Below are positions 10,101 through 16,413 of a stretch of DNA of 64,000 nt, one piece after another. The notes beneath the pieces were generated by a model. That model was not told the origin of the DNA and did not search any database. It saw nothing but the letters and a program-made list of their open reading frames with translations. How positions within the stretch are numbered: the stretch's first letter is position 1; every line of letters starts with the position of its first letter. Made by a program: the position numbers and the translations under genes. This DNA is from Thermodesulfobacteriota bacterium (GTDB lineage Bacteria; Desulfobacterota; Desulfobaccia; Desulfobaccales; 0-14-0-80-60-11), in NCBI GenBank assembly GCA_040756315.1, contig JBFLZI010000001.1:2461-66460 (forward strand), in the 5' to 3' direction.

Positions 10101-12998
10101 GGTTTGGGTCGGCAATCGGGCAATGAGTCCTTCAAGTTTAACGATCACCTTGGCAGGTTTGTCTGCATGAGGATTGAAGATTTCCGGCTTACTTTGAATA
10201 TATTGATTGACCCCCAACTCCATGGCATCATAGGCATCCTTGGGAGTGTATTTCCCTTCCGCTTGGGTGCCGCCATAGCTTCTGTCGGCCCAAGCGAAAA
10301 GTTCTTGTGGAGTAATTGGATCCTTAGTTAAATCCAAGAATCCTTTAACCACGCCAGCAATGCGCTTATAAGGTGCTCTTGAAGGTTCAGGAACAGTAAC
10401 CGCCTTTTGGGGCGGCGCAATCCCCGGGGGCAAAGCAGCTTTCCGTTTCGGCTCTTCTCTAAAAAGTTCAGCCTGTTTGGTCTCAGGATATTCCTCCATA
10501 ACTTCAAGAGGAACGGCTTTGCCAGCTTTGTGGGCCTGCAATACTTCCTGGCGGTGAAATTCCAGTTTGGCAGCCTCGGGACTATCGAAATAGATCTCGC
10601 CCGTCTCTGGGTTGGTTAGTAAAGGACCATCTTCGCCTCTTTGGATGGTGACCCTTCCCTGAGAGTCCATTCTCCAATTGGCGACCGGTTCCCCCTCCAC
10701 TTCGGAAAAGAACCATCCTTGCTCGTCCTCTTCCTCCCAGGAATCCAGGAATTCATTCTTGCCCATCTGGTAAGGTTGCCGATATTCTTCTTCCGTGCCA
10801 GGTGCAGCAGAGACAGGACCTTCCTCTTCTGTCGGGCCCGGCGGAACCTCGAACTGCTGTAAGAACGCTTCCATCTTCCCCGGCACGGCATAGGCCACCG
10901 TGGACTGATACCGGGGATGCTCCGGGTCTTCTATGTTGTAAAGCAGCAGCCCGGCGTCTTTCATCTGCCCGGCGTAACTCAACTGCTCCGGGGCCACGCC
11001 GTTTTGCTGAGCGGCCACTTGACGGCCCTGCTCAATAAGCTCGGTGGTCAATCCCGGGGCTGCTTCCGGGGCCTTGACAGGCTCTTCAGGGGTAGGGGTA
11101 ATTACTGGCCCCTCCATTTTAGGGGCCTCCACGGGCATCCCAGGGGGTCGTTTTGTCTCCGGGGCGGCCTGTTCCGCCGCCTCTGCCCCCATCACCCCCA
11201 TGGGCGGGGCGGGGCCAGCCGGTTTGGTCGGCTCCGGGACGGCCCTTTCTGGTGAAGGGGGAGCACCAGGAGGTGCCGCCTCTGCCGCCCCCGGAGCCGG
11301 TATTTCCGGTTTTCTTGCCTGTTCCGCCGCTTCTGCGCCGGAGACCCCCAGGGGAGGCTCCACCACGGGCCGGGGACCTCCAAAGGCCGGGGGCAAGGGC
11401 CGCCTAATGGGCCTGCCCTGTTGATCCACCAATGGCGGTCGGGGAGCTTCCGGACGCCCTTCTAGGGCTTCCCGGCCTTCTCGCAGCCCACGTTCTACCA
11501 GTAACTTTTCATAGGCGTTTCGTTCCCAGGGTTGCTTGGCCAAGGCCGCTTCAAACTCATCCGCTGGCCGCAGGGGCCTTCCAGCAGGCCCCAGAATCTC
11601 CGGCGTCCCCGGGGGGGCCGGTTCGGTAATGGCCGGGGGCCTTCCTTCTTCCGGCAATCTCCCTACATACTCATACCCCGGCAGCACTTCTTCCCTGGGT
11701 GCCGGTGGTGTCACCCTCGCTGGTTCCATGGCCAGGGGCTGGGCCATCCCTGCCTGAATGGTGGGACCGGTGCGGTAAATGGGGAAACCTTCCCGGCCTT
11801 CCGGGACGGCGGCTTGCTCCTCTTTAGCTCCCGCCACTGTTGTTGCAATACGCTCTCTTATGGCCCGGGCCGACCGATGCGCGGCCACTCCCGCCCCGCT
11901 GAGGCCCCCCATGGCCGCGCCCACCAGCACCGCTTCCACCACGTTTTCCGTGAGCTTTTGGTCCGGGTCATAGCCCCACTTACGGAAGGCGTTGCCCACG
12001 ATTTCCTGGGCCCCTTCGGTGGTTCCTTCCGTGGCGATGCTGTCCAGAACCTTATGAACCAGGTTTTGACCGTTCTTGCCCCGGAAGATGCGCTCCAGGG
12101 AAAAGGCTTCCAGGCTGCCGGCCACGATGCCTTTGCCCAGTTCCACCGCCACCCGGCGCCCCCAACTGATAGGCTTGTCCGGGTGCTCTTTTTCCCATTG
12201 GCGCAGGTTGGCTTCCGCCTCCGCTGCTTCCAGGCCCATGGCCGCGGCATAACCGCTGCGGGTGTAGATTTTGTTGATCTTGCCGGCAATCTGGGCCGCT
12301 TCTTCCGACGTCTGGCCCCCTTTTAAGGCCTTCCCCAGACCCATCACTTTTTTGGCCAGGGCCCCCAGGCCAGCCCCATAAAGGAAATATTCGCCGATGC
12401 TCCAGGCTGCTTCCGGCAGACGGGCCGCCCAAAAATGAGGGTTTTTGATGGTTTCGGCCACCTGCCCGGCCACTTCCCCCGGGGCCTCCAGGATCCGGTG
12501 CAGTTCCACCTGGGATTCCGCCGCCTTGGAAGGGCGTAATTCGGGAGATTCCTGGATGGCCTCCAGGGCCTCAATGGGACGAGTCAAGGCGCGCCGCACG
12601 GGACCGATATTCAGGACATCTCCGGCGATGATCTTGGCGGCTTGCAGGGGGAATTTAACCACCTCCAGCGCGCCCCGTCCCACCCCAGCAGCAAATTCCC
12701 CGGCTACCGTCCTCTCCGGCACCGGTTCCTCCAGGCGCAACCGCCTGAGCGCCCCCTCATAGATTTCCTGGGAGCGTCTTTGCTCTTCCGGCGACAAGGC
12801 CTCAAAGGGGACGGGGGCCTCTCCCGGGGGAAGATCCCACCTGGTGGGGGCCGGTTTGGCCAAGCCCGGTTCTCCTTCGGGTATCGCTGGGGCCGCGAGA
12901 GCAATCGAAACAGGCTTCTCCCTCTCCGGTTCCGGAGGTGGAGGAGTCCAAAAGTTCCGGATTCTTTCCAACTCGCTTTCAAAAAGTTCCGGGGACAT
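1158..12998 (-). CDS. giant polyvalent protein (methyltransferase + SF2 helicase + two zincin motifs), 3,946 codons as written; see frame anomaly at 9014-9453
   Basis: Uninterrupted ORF. Motifs: VLEPSAGVGG / NPPF, GDGTGVGKGR / DESH / HRSNQ, HEVFH, HELGH. Glycine-zipper-like N-terminal region and Pro/Ala/Glu-rich linkers. Last gene of the virion operon. Confidence 0.65.
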   Translation of the reverse strand: MSPELFESELERIRNFWTPPPPEPEREKPVSIALAAPAIPEGEPGLAKPAPTRWDLPPGEAPVPFEALSPEEQRRSQEIYEGALRRLRLEEPVPERTVAGEFAAGVGRGALEVVKFPLQAAKIIAGDVLNIGPVRRALTRPIEALEAIQESPELRPSKAAESQVELHRILEAPGEVAGQVAETIKNPHFWAARLPEAAWSIGEYFLYGAGLGALAKKVMGLGKALKGGQTSEEAAQIAGKINKIYTRSGYAAAMGLEAAEAEANLRQWEKEHPDKPISWGRRVAVELGKGIVAGSLEAFSLERIFRGKNGQNLVHKVLDSIATEGTTEGAQEIVGNAFRKWGYDPDQKLTENVVEAVLVGAAMGGLSGAGVAAHRSARAIRERIATTVAGAKEEQAAVPEGREGFPIYRTGPTIQAGMAQPLAMEPARVTPPAPREEVLPGYEYVGRLPEEGRPPAITEPAPPGTPEILGPAGRPLRPADEFEAALAKQPWERNAYEKLLVERGLREGREALEGRPEAPRPPLVDQQGRPIRRPLPPAFGGPRPVVEPPLGVSGAEAAEQARKPEIPAPGAAEAAPPGAPPSPERAVPEPTKPAGPAPPMGVMGAEAAEQAAPETKRPPGMPVEAPKMEGPVITPTPEEPVKAPEAAPGLTTELIEQGRQVAAQQNGVAPEQLSYAGQMKDAGLLLYNIEDPEHPRYQSTVAYAVPGKMEAFLQQFEVPPGPTEEEGPVSAAPGTEEEYRQPYQMGKNEFLDSWEEEDEQGWFFSEVEGEPVANWRMDSQGRVTIQRGEDGPLLTNPETGEIYFDSPEAAKLEFHRQEVLQAHKAGKAVPLEVMEEYPETKQAELFREEPKRKAALPPGIAPPQKAVTVPEPSRAPYKRIAGVVKGFLDLTKDPITPQELFAWADRSYGGTQAEGKYTPKDAYDAMELGVNQYIQSKPEIFNPHADKPAKVIVKLEGLIARLPTQTRRTGESDEFQQFSTPPPLAYIVSWVANINQNDVVLEPSAGVGGLAVFAHNAGAKEVIVNELSPRRAELLREMGFDRVFTENAEQLNNILPKEVRPTVVVMNPPFSATAGRMLGKRMAQMGATHLEQALKRLEPGGRLVAIVGRGMAFDKPAFATWWAKIKKEYQVLANIGVSGKNYGKYGTNFDNQILVIDKTGPTTREPVVGAVEKLADLIPLLEGVKDERLRQVLAREREAQPGTAPEPVGEAGPEEGGRIRGTRPTARPATPGVGPGEREGERATPGRLAPEPVLPVALPEGDRGSHGQLEPGERHAGVRGERGGRRGASGEPHAGRPSGVGGGIGGPTGQPTGRGEIIPGSVRGPVRLEEKKAARPSGELTDAIYEPYQPQRLKVSGAQPHPGWLVQSAAMAAVEPPAPTYKPHLPKEVIDTGKLSESQLEAVVYAGQSHQDILPDGQRRGFFIGDGTGVGKGREIAGIIYDNWNQGRKKAAWISKSTALFKDARRDIEGVGWKPDLVFDLGKIKADSDIKNSQGILFTTYDTLKSAAQAPKGEEVKGKRRLDQIVEWLGEDFDGVVIFDESHEMGSGRSEKGARGYKKPSQKALAGMELQKKLPKARIVYVSATGATKVGNLAYAERLGLWGEGTPFPNREAFISEIESGGVAAMELVARDMKALGVYLARSLAFEVPSQPDQTVTYDRLVHNLTDHQVAIYNEMARAWQVVLQNIHEALRLTEGENSPQARAKAASQFWGSHQRFFNQVITSMQMPSVLEAIKKDLAEGNAVLVQLTNTLEAAQERGLARMADEEELDGLDLTPREALMQYVEHAFPTTQFEPYLDEEGNEKWRAVKDSQGNPVQNAEAVRMKEELLEKLGAIRVPDSPLDMLVNTFGPEAVAEATGRKRRLVKFGGETVLEKRGRAKVEADIGAFLSDKKQILVFSDMAGTGRSFNASYEFKNQRKRIHYGVQLGWRADMAVQKMGRSHRSNQRFAPHYVLVSTNLDGQKRFLSSIARRLDQLGALTKGQRQTGSTGLFQAKDNLEASHAKDALRQFYYELYRGEIPGMNIGTFMEQTGLRLLDKDGNLLQELPPITQFLNRLLSMEVQEQNRTFAAFAERLERAAEVAARRGTLDIGMETLRPDPGGRIEKISEQTVYTDPRTGAETKYVEVDEINPTKIREFEEAEKVGGSKPAFFKNVRSGRIWVREAKSWNDTSESGRVTQYWTLRGVLSRSVRDVEDYHFWDKSKWDLIKDRAIAKQMWQAEIAKAPKEQVERHHLIAGTILPIWDRLTGNTRVIRLQTREGERFIGRRIPERVIGQVLQNLGAKSTTAAKLTPQQVFTNILDSNYVVTLANGWEIKRSRVSGEDRIELKGPDFAHMEELRRAGVFAERIQWDTRFFIPTTEAGPGVIEKIIKHRPVVAATPRAISKARLTIQEDENLRRGAAAMERVISEQTDVPVAMRRDDLGDISFYWGEPGNPAKDFKGGYGVSHIIAKRNAEGEDGEAIARKMVEVIAKGEFRKESGPEGGQRVEIGFDKHIAILSKYRFGEREAWLLTGWREAAPGEPEKVYGSIRPTHKGPTRFRPSMGAGAEEIISPAGKKGKVPTVTKDTIQAAFGPRAKVTESALMPDVHEVTLPNGVRILVRQNADIQVAPEALAAYGKTELARGEVIAGEWRTINGTNLISLAKGEGAESLHHEVFHAAMELALTERERQAVLRKYGNEEAAARAYETWIPEKQPETLFQKILNFFRQIYRAFFPDAEAVFGKMRTGEVWGRKGRLPEGIAPRAKIKEAPGPQEVIDRFKREVVALDQEAARNWRERLKQGWEGFKGLTEDFYSQVVDRWAAWERVAQKAAQAGIAVPAGENVTYNLSFLRGVEGRVRQGISGDYVYHDTLEFDEKLDRLVFTGDAPEAVGPSLVKRLEPLKDLAQKRGESFAQVSGDLFHALMPAQRDLELAGETGVREPGEIKGTHPELSRAALAALKQKYSADYAVLEETAEAMREWGDQMILQPLLQVGFIDQARYEDIKAKNQFYVPFKRLLDDMETYISAHASAAGVKGRVIKKIKGSERQILDPLEMWMELAYKAQFAYARNKVYRGLYVTAQYAEMEDVKEIPAKFVPVDQTLKQEIDEKLRPQIEKLCQAIGVNVRMLYTLGGRVLGRFKAGMRREAGGAYGPEEREIEVRFATTEKVLSHELGHAIDHLANLEDLLINRGTPEMKRELRKIADQRIGEAQVSDYFRRYVRKKEEQVAEFVNRFLTDRETARTLAPNATAVFEKFLQGNEELKPLLDFKPTAQRQLREFYHKIWVRSPLPPEPGCLPYYRDGLMRWLKVPPDLYQAAVNMMPGDIGILMRVAKLPADTLRAGAILVPEFSLGRNPVRDIMQAWLFSRFGFNPAYWWRDTFKLLAKDEQAREFHRQWEAGGGELATLAQAFAKSNRVTADQILNPGKKIRYFAHPIQALRFASAYLENMTRFSIYKQAREKGLSHAEAIHEARRTTLDYSRVGGHPAVRYLGMIIPFFNASIQGIDKMASELAGPNRKAVLKRLTMLTAISLLVWAFASRDKRYKELEDWEKNYFWHLPLGEDGPMLRIPKPFEAGILFGSVPERMMEWALGQKPDMAATMKAVWEAAMPEVVPTIARPLLEMKANYDYFRGRPIEDVAMQRLPVSMRAKPWTTETAKAFSRHFGEPLGISPVMMEHFIRTLGGGLGANYFLPGVDLALRKAGVWEDIPKPAQDAIQQIWGVRAFFTRTPTGNRAKSVNDFFEHYQAAVQADQGWKVLWQQGKAGDLDKFLKEHPEAIFARVARLEMAQMGKLRKERDTIYAAKNLTPEEKQKKLDKIDAQLVVIARRANTFMDPAAAEKVGMPSRSLPGKGHKPIDAKQYYQVAAEATERAYRKLQPSFPRLSEMEAEERQRRIAGAIRTEREETARGLTAVSPRDLLKPFRPGALWDRPTKEEREQAFHIFGGFLKVPAPWMTGFRPSKEHQEARR
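3525..3554 (-). other. zincin HExxH motif 2 (SHELGHAIDH) in the giant ORF
   Basis: HELGH read directly. Confidence 0.45.
5031..5048 (-). other. zincin HExxH motif 1 (LHHEVFHAAMELAL) in the giant ORF
   Basis: HEVFH read directly. Context resembles the metallopeptidase modules of phage/plasmid polyvalent proteins. Confidence 0.45.
7050..8990 (-). other. strawberry-notch/SNF2-like superfamily-2 helicase module of the giant ORF
   Basis: Walker A GDGTGVGKGR (8700-8729), DESH box (8358-8384), C-terminal lobe with MGRSHRSNQ (7161-7175). N-terminal HPGWLVQSAAMAAVEPP segment is typical of this helicase family. Confidence 0.75.
9014..9442 (-). CDS. 142-aa ORF nested in the +1 frame of the giant ORF (helical, unknown function)
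   Basis: ATG 6 nt after GGAGGGGG. An in-frame TAA sits two codons upstream of the ATG (one AAG codon between). G/C at the third codon position is 27/30 in this frame versus 9/30 in the giant frame over the same 30 codons. The balanced protein (MNAYAKYWHEREKLNQ...) contrasts with G/P/R filler in the giant frame. Confidence 0.55.
   Translation of the reverse strand: MNAYAKYWHEREKLNQERPLNQLAKQALKRAGESVEPGQLHVLQLLEWALENGKVKGPPQDALHLSQFYRWHFLKETVEAMGNWNPENVMQVFEESAEGDAGLQANLMPEDPVELAEELVDQLDSRLGAARLYPDQFGVPSD
9510..10090 (-). other. N6-adenine DNA methyltransferase module of the giant ORF
   Basis: Motif I VLEPSAGVGG (~9975-10003) and motif IV NPPF (9789-9800) in gamma-class order. Confidence 0.75.
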
Positions 12999-13007
12999 TT
13001 TCGTTCC

Positions 13008-14210
13008 TTACATAGCCCGAGGTATTATTCTGCTCAGGTTATATCGTTCCTCCCGTTCCCTAGCTGGGCGAGAAAACCCCAAGGCTTCTCTTCTGGCTTG
13101 TATTCCTCTGGCTATGTCGCCTATCAACCGGCCCCCCGGCGTTTCAGTGGGCATATTGAGCGACGGCTCTCCGAACACCCGCATCTCCGGCACGGCTTCC
13201 GGGGCTCCGGGACGCGTGGTAGGTGCTGGGGCTCCGGGACGCGTGGTTATTGGAGGCACCGCTACACCCTCTTTCTTGCCCGCTTGGTAACGCTGCGTGA
13301 ACCAATCCACGTTTTGCCGCGTCACCGGCGTATGCCTGATGAGATCCACTATCTTCGGGTCGGCCGGCTGTCCCAAGTCCCGCATCTCCTTCAGATAACC
13401 GGCCAGAATGCTCTCCCGCATTGCCTTGCTCTTGGCGGGGTCGTTGAAAAGCTGTAACTTCTCCTCCACTTCAATGTGCGGTTTGATGCTGGCAATGGCC
13501 TTGTCCACCTCTGCCACTTTGGTTGGCATCGTCCGGTAGGCCAGCTTCTGCACATGGCCCGGCAATACCAGCTTGGTGGGGTCTTCCTTGTCGGGCACGC
13601 CAAATTCGCCCAACAGCTTCCGTTCAAACAACTGCTGGGCCCGGGCCCCTTCTATGGCCTCGGCCTCGGCCATTTTTCTCGGGTCTCTCAAGGCCAGGGC
13701 TTCAGCCTTGGCCACCTCCGGAGAGACATACTCCCCAGCCCCAAGGAAGCGATTGATGGCCTGGGCGGCCCGGGACAAGGAAGTGAATTCTTCCCCGGGA
13801 GCCCCGCCAGCATAAGTGGAGGTCACCCCCCGAATTATATGGATCGGTCTGACAATCCCTTGGCCAGCTTCGAGAACCGACCTGGCGGCCGCGGGCAGAT
13901 CGGCTCCGGGGACCGCCTTATGCAGAATTTCCCGGCCTAATTGATCAGTAGACCTTCCGATAATCGTATTGCCGTATTCGTCCTTGGGAAGATTGGCCAG
14001 ATTCATTTCCCCCCGTGCCTTAGCCCTTACGGCTTCCGCGGTTTGCACGGCTGCTTCATTCAAACGTCCCCCGCCGTAGCTGCGTTCCGGGTCGCCCAGG
14101 CCCCGACTGGCTGCTTCCGCCAAGTTGAAGCGCATTCCGGCCACACCACTTGGACGCGGCGCACCACGCCGAAATACCGATTCTTCATCATATCCATACG
14201 GATTGGCCAT
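13008..14210 (-). CDS. virion-associated protein, unknown function
   Basis: 400-aa ORF between the coiled-coil proteins and the giant ORF. Contains the tandem TTRPGAP(A/E) repeat. Confidence 0.55.
   Translation of the reverse strand: MANPYGYDEESVFRRGAPRPSGVAGMRFNLAEAASRGLGDPERSYGGGRLNEAAVQTAEAVRAKARGEMNLANLPKDEYGNTIIGRSTDQLGREILHKAVPGADLPAAARSVLEAGQGIVRPIHIIRGVTSTYAGGAPGEEFTSLSRAAQAINRFLGAGEYVSPEVAKAEALALRDPRKMAEAEAIEGARAQQLFERKLLGEFGVPDKEDPTKLVLPGHVQKLAYRTMPTKVAEVDKAIASIKPHIEVEEKLQLFNDPAKSKAMRESILAGYLKEMRDLGQPADPKIVDLIRHTPVTRQNVDWFTQRYQAGKKEGVAVPPITTRPGAPAPTTRPGAPEAVPEMRVFGEPSLNMPTETPGGRLIGDIARGIQARREALGFSRPAREREERYNLSRIIPRAM
13201..13247. repeat. 20-nt exact direct repeat (ggggctccgggacgcgtggt) with 27-nt period
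   Basis: Copies at 13201-13220 and 13228-13247. They encode the duplicated TTRPGAPxx peptide. Confidence 0.8.
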
Positions 14211-14222
14211 GACCGTCCCTCC

Positions 14223-15242
14223 TTATCCCTCCAGCCCCACCCCATAGAAGGTGATAGGCGCTATGAGCCATTCTTCTTCATCGAATGTCTCGGTATCCTC
14301 ATCATTCCAGCGCTGGGAGGGCCTTTTCACCTTGATGTCCTTGATGATGGTCACCCGGTCGTTCTTCTTATATTTGGTGTAGTCCGTGGTTTTTACTGTA
14401 ATTTCCTGGCCCCGCCACTTAACGATGTATTCGTCTCCATCTGGTTTAGGCACCCTCTCTTTCACTATTCCCGAGGTGTAATACAGGGTGTCCATCCAGT
14501 TGCCGGAGAACAGATAAGGACTGGACTGTTGTTGTCCCCAAGCCCGGCCCGGGAAAAGTCTGACCCCCAAGGCCACGAATTCCCCCGGATAGGGGTATTT
14601 TCGCTTCTCATCCAGGTTGATTCGCAGGCACCATAAGAATTCAGGCTGCGCCCCATCTTTTACCGGCTCAGCCATCACTTCCACGCCTTCTTCCGGCAGA
14701 TATAGCAGGTTGAAAACCATCCGGTCTTCACGATAAGTTTCCTCAAAAAACTCATTGGGAACCGGTGCAGTGGTCGCTTTATTACCTGGATAGGCGGGAA
14801 AATCCTTGGGTTCCGTGCCCGCCTCTACGGCAATGACCAGCATTTCAATGGCCCCGTAAGGGATTCCGGATAGAAACTCAATCCACCCCAAGGCCTCTTT
14901 GCGAAAGTCCGCCACCAAACCGTCTGGACTCCGAAACTCCTTTTGAAAGGCCTTGAATTCATACTTCGCCTCAAAGATGATGTCCGCCTCCCGGATTCTG
15001 GCCGGCCAGGCCTTCAACTTTTCGAACATATGGTCCAGACTGTCTTTGGCCGTCTCTATGAGGTTCTTGATGGCACCGTCTTTAAACAGCCACCAGGTCG
15101 GACCAGGACAGGGAATATACAAGTCTGGCTTTTCGGGCGGCGGCGGTGGCAAGGCTGCGGGCGGATGAGTTGTCTCGGTCATCTCATCATCTGTTTCAGA
15201 CCACTCGCCTAGGGTGTCCAAAAATATTTCTAAGTCTTCCAA
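14223..15242 (-). CDS. virion protein, unknown function
   Basis: The track ORF (to 15350) overlaps the upstream gene by 104 nt. A TTG at 15242 sits just after the upstream stop (15247-15249) with AAGGGG upstream. An alternative ATG lies at 15182. Confidence 0.5.
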   Translation of the reverse strand: MEDLEIFLDTLGEWSETDDEMTETTHPPAALPPPPPEKPDLYIPCPGPTWWLFKDGAIKNLIETAKDSLDHMFEKLKAWPARIREADIIFEAKYEFKAFQKEFRSPDGLVADFRKEALGWIEFLSGIPYGAIEMLVIAVEAGTEPKDFPAYPGNKATTAPVPNEFFEETYREDRMVFNLLYLPEEGVEVMAEPVKDGAQPEFLWCLRINLDEKRKYPYPGEFVALGVRLFPGRAWGQQQSSPYLFSGNWMDTLYYTSGIVKERVPKPDGDEYIVKWRGQEITVKTTDYTKYKKNDRVTIIKDIKVKRPSQRWNDEDTETFDEEEWLIAPITFYGVGLEG

Positions 15243-15246
15243 ATGG

Positions 15247-16413
15247 TTACCCCTTGTAATAATGTTGATAAAGGGTTTCCGTATAATTGTTCGTATATTC
15301 GGCGCTTTGATATACCTGCTCCTGGGCCGCGTAAGCTTCCACGTCGGCATCGGCCTTGGCCTCTAGGGCCATGATGGCGGCATTGGACCGGGCGGTGGCC
15401 AATAGAGCTCTGGCCATACCCACTCCTTGTCGCAATTGACCTTCCTGCTGGGCGAATGCCAAGGTCTTGCTTACGTCCTGTTGAGCTACGCGTGCATCTG
15501 ATTGGGCATTTAGCAGCTTCAGCTTTTCCTGCGCCTTTTGGGATGTCAGGTAATTCCAGATTTCCCCTTGCAAAACCGTTTCACTGTCCCGCAGGATTTC
15601 TTGACCCAGCGTCTTGAGTTCCAGTAAATGCAATACATCCGTCAAATGCTGCTGAATATACTGATAGGCCTCGGCGATTTCGGCTTTCTCCACACCCAGC
15701 CGGATGCCCGCCAAGCCCCGGGTAGTGATGTCGGCGATGATCAAGGCGATGTCCGCATTGAGGGTAGCTTTTTCGGCCTCGGTCATGGCCACTTCCAACT
15801 CTTCCAGGATCACCTTCAGTTCGGCCTGCTCGGCTTCCACCTCGGCCATCAGGGCCCGGATGGTGGCCCGGGTCACTTCGATCTGGGTCTTGGCCCGCTC
15901 CGCCTCCAGTTGTTTCTGCTCCACCAACTCGAAGAAGATCTTGGCGTGGATTTCTTCTCCCCGCACCACTTCCTTGTCGTGGGCCAATTCCGCCCGGAAC
16001 CGTTCCAGTTCGATCTGCTCCTTCTCCACTTCCGCGGCGTATTCCCGGGCCGCCATGATCAGGGCCTTCACCTTGGCGTCATACTCCCGGGCCGCCAGGA
16101 GATATAATTCCGCGGCGTTTTTGATGGCCAGCGCCTGTCGTTGCGCGCGCACCCGCTCATAAGCTAAGCGTCGATCCTGGCTTACCTCGGCCAGGTCCGC
16201 CTCGTGCAGGAGGTTTCTCCGGGCCTCGTCGGCCTCTATCTCCGCGTCGACGCTGGCTATGAACTGATGGATGGCTCCTCCGTGGGTGGCATTAACCAGA
16301 GCTTCATAGCCGGGCAGGGTCAATCCCTCCAGATCAAAAGTGTGCCAGATGGCTTCGTTGCGTCCGGCGGTGCGTTCCCGCAGATTTTTTAGTTCCAGGT
16401 CTTCCATGGTCAT
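15247..16413 (-). CDS. long alpha-helical/coiled-coil virion protein
   Basis: 388 aa, strongly E/A/K/L/Q-rich with heptad-like sequence. ATGA overlap with the upstream gene at 16410-16413. Confidence 0.6.
   Translation of the reverse strand: MTMEDLELKNLRERTAGRNEAIWHTFDLEGLTLPGYEALVNATHGGAIHQFIASVDAEIEADEARRNLLHEADLAEVSQDRRLAYERVRAQRQALAIKNAAELYLLAAREYDAKVKALIMAAREYAAEVEKEQIELERFRAELAHDKEVVRGEEIHAKIFFELVEQKQLEAERAKTQIEVTRATIRALMAEVEAEQAELKVILEELEVAMTEAEKATLNADIALIIADITTRGLAGIRLGVEKAEIAEAYQYIQQHLTDVLHLLELKTLGQEILRDSETVLQGEIWNYLTSQKAQEKLKLLNAQSDARVAQQDVSKTLAFAQQEGQLRQGVGMARALLATARSNAAIMALEAKADADVEAYAAQEQVYQSAEYTNNYTETLYQHYYKG

Noticed and set aside
1240-12762. Dozens of plus-strand and out-of-frame minus-strand track ORFs inside the giant gene (e.g. 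1242-2474, 4098-5468, 11532-12326, 6094-6501)
   Set aside because: Arg/Pro/Gly/Ser-rich translations typical of non-coding frames in high-GC DNA, all fully overlapped by a frame with strong motifs. Only 9014-9442 shows a genuine coding signature.
14223-15350. 104-nt overlap of two virion genes as a programmed frameshift
   Set aside because: No slippery heptamer is evident. A TTG start right after the upstream stop, or an ATG at 15182, explains the ORF without an overlap.
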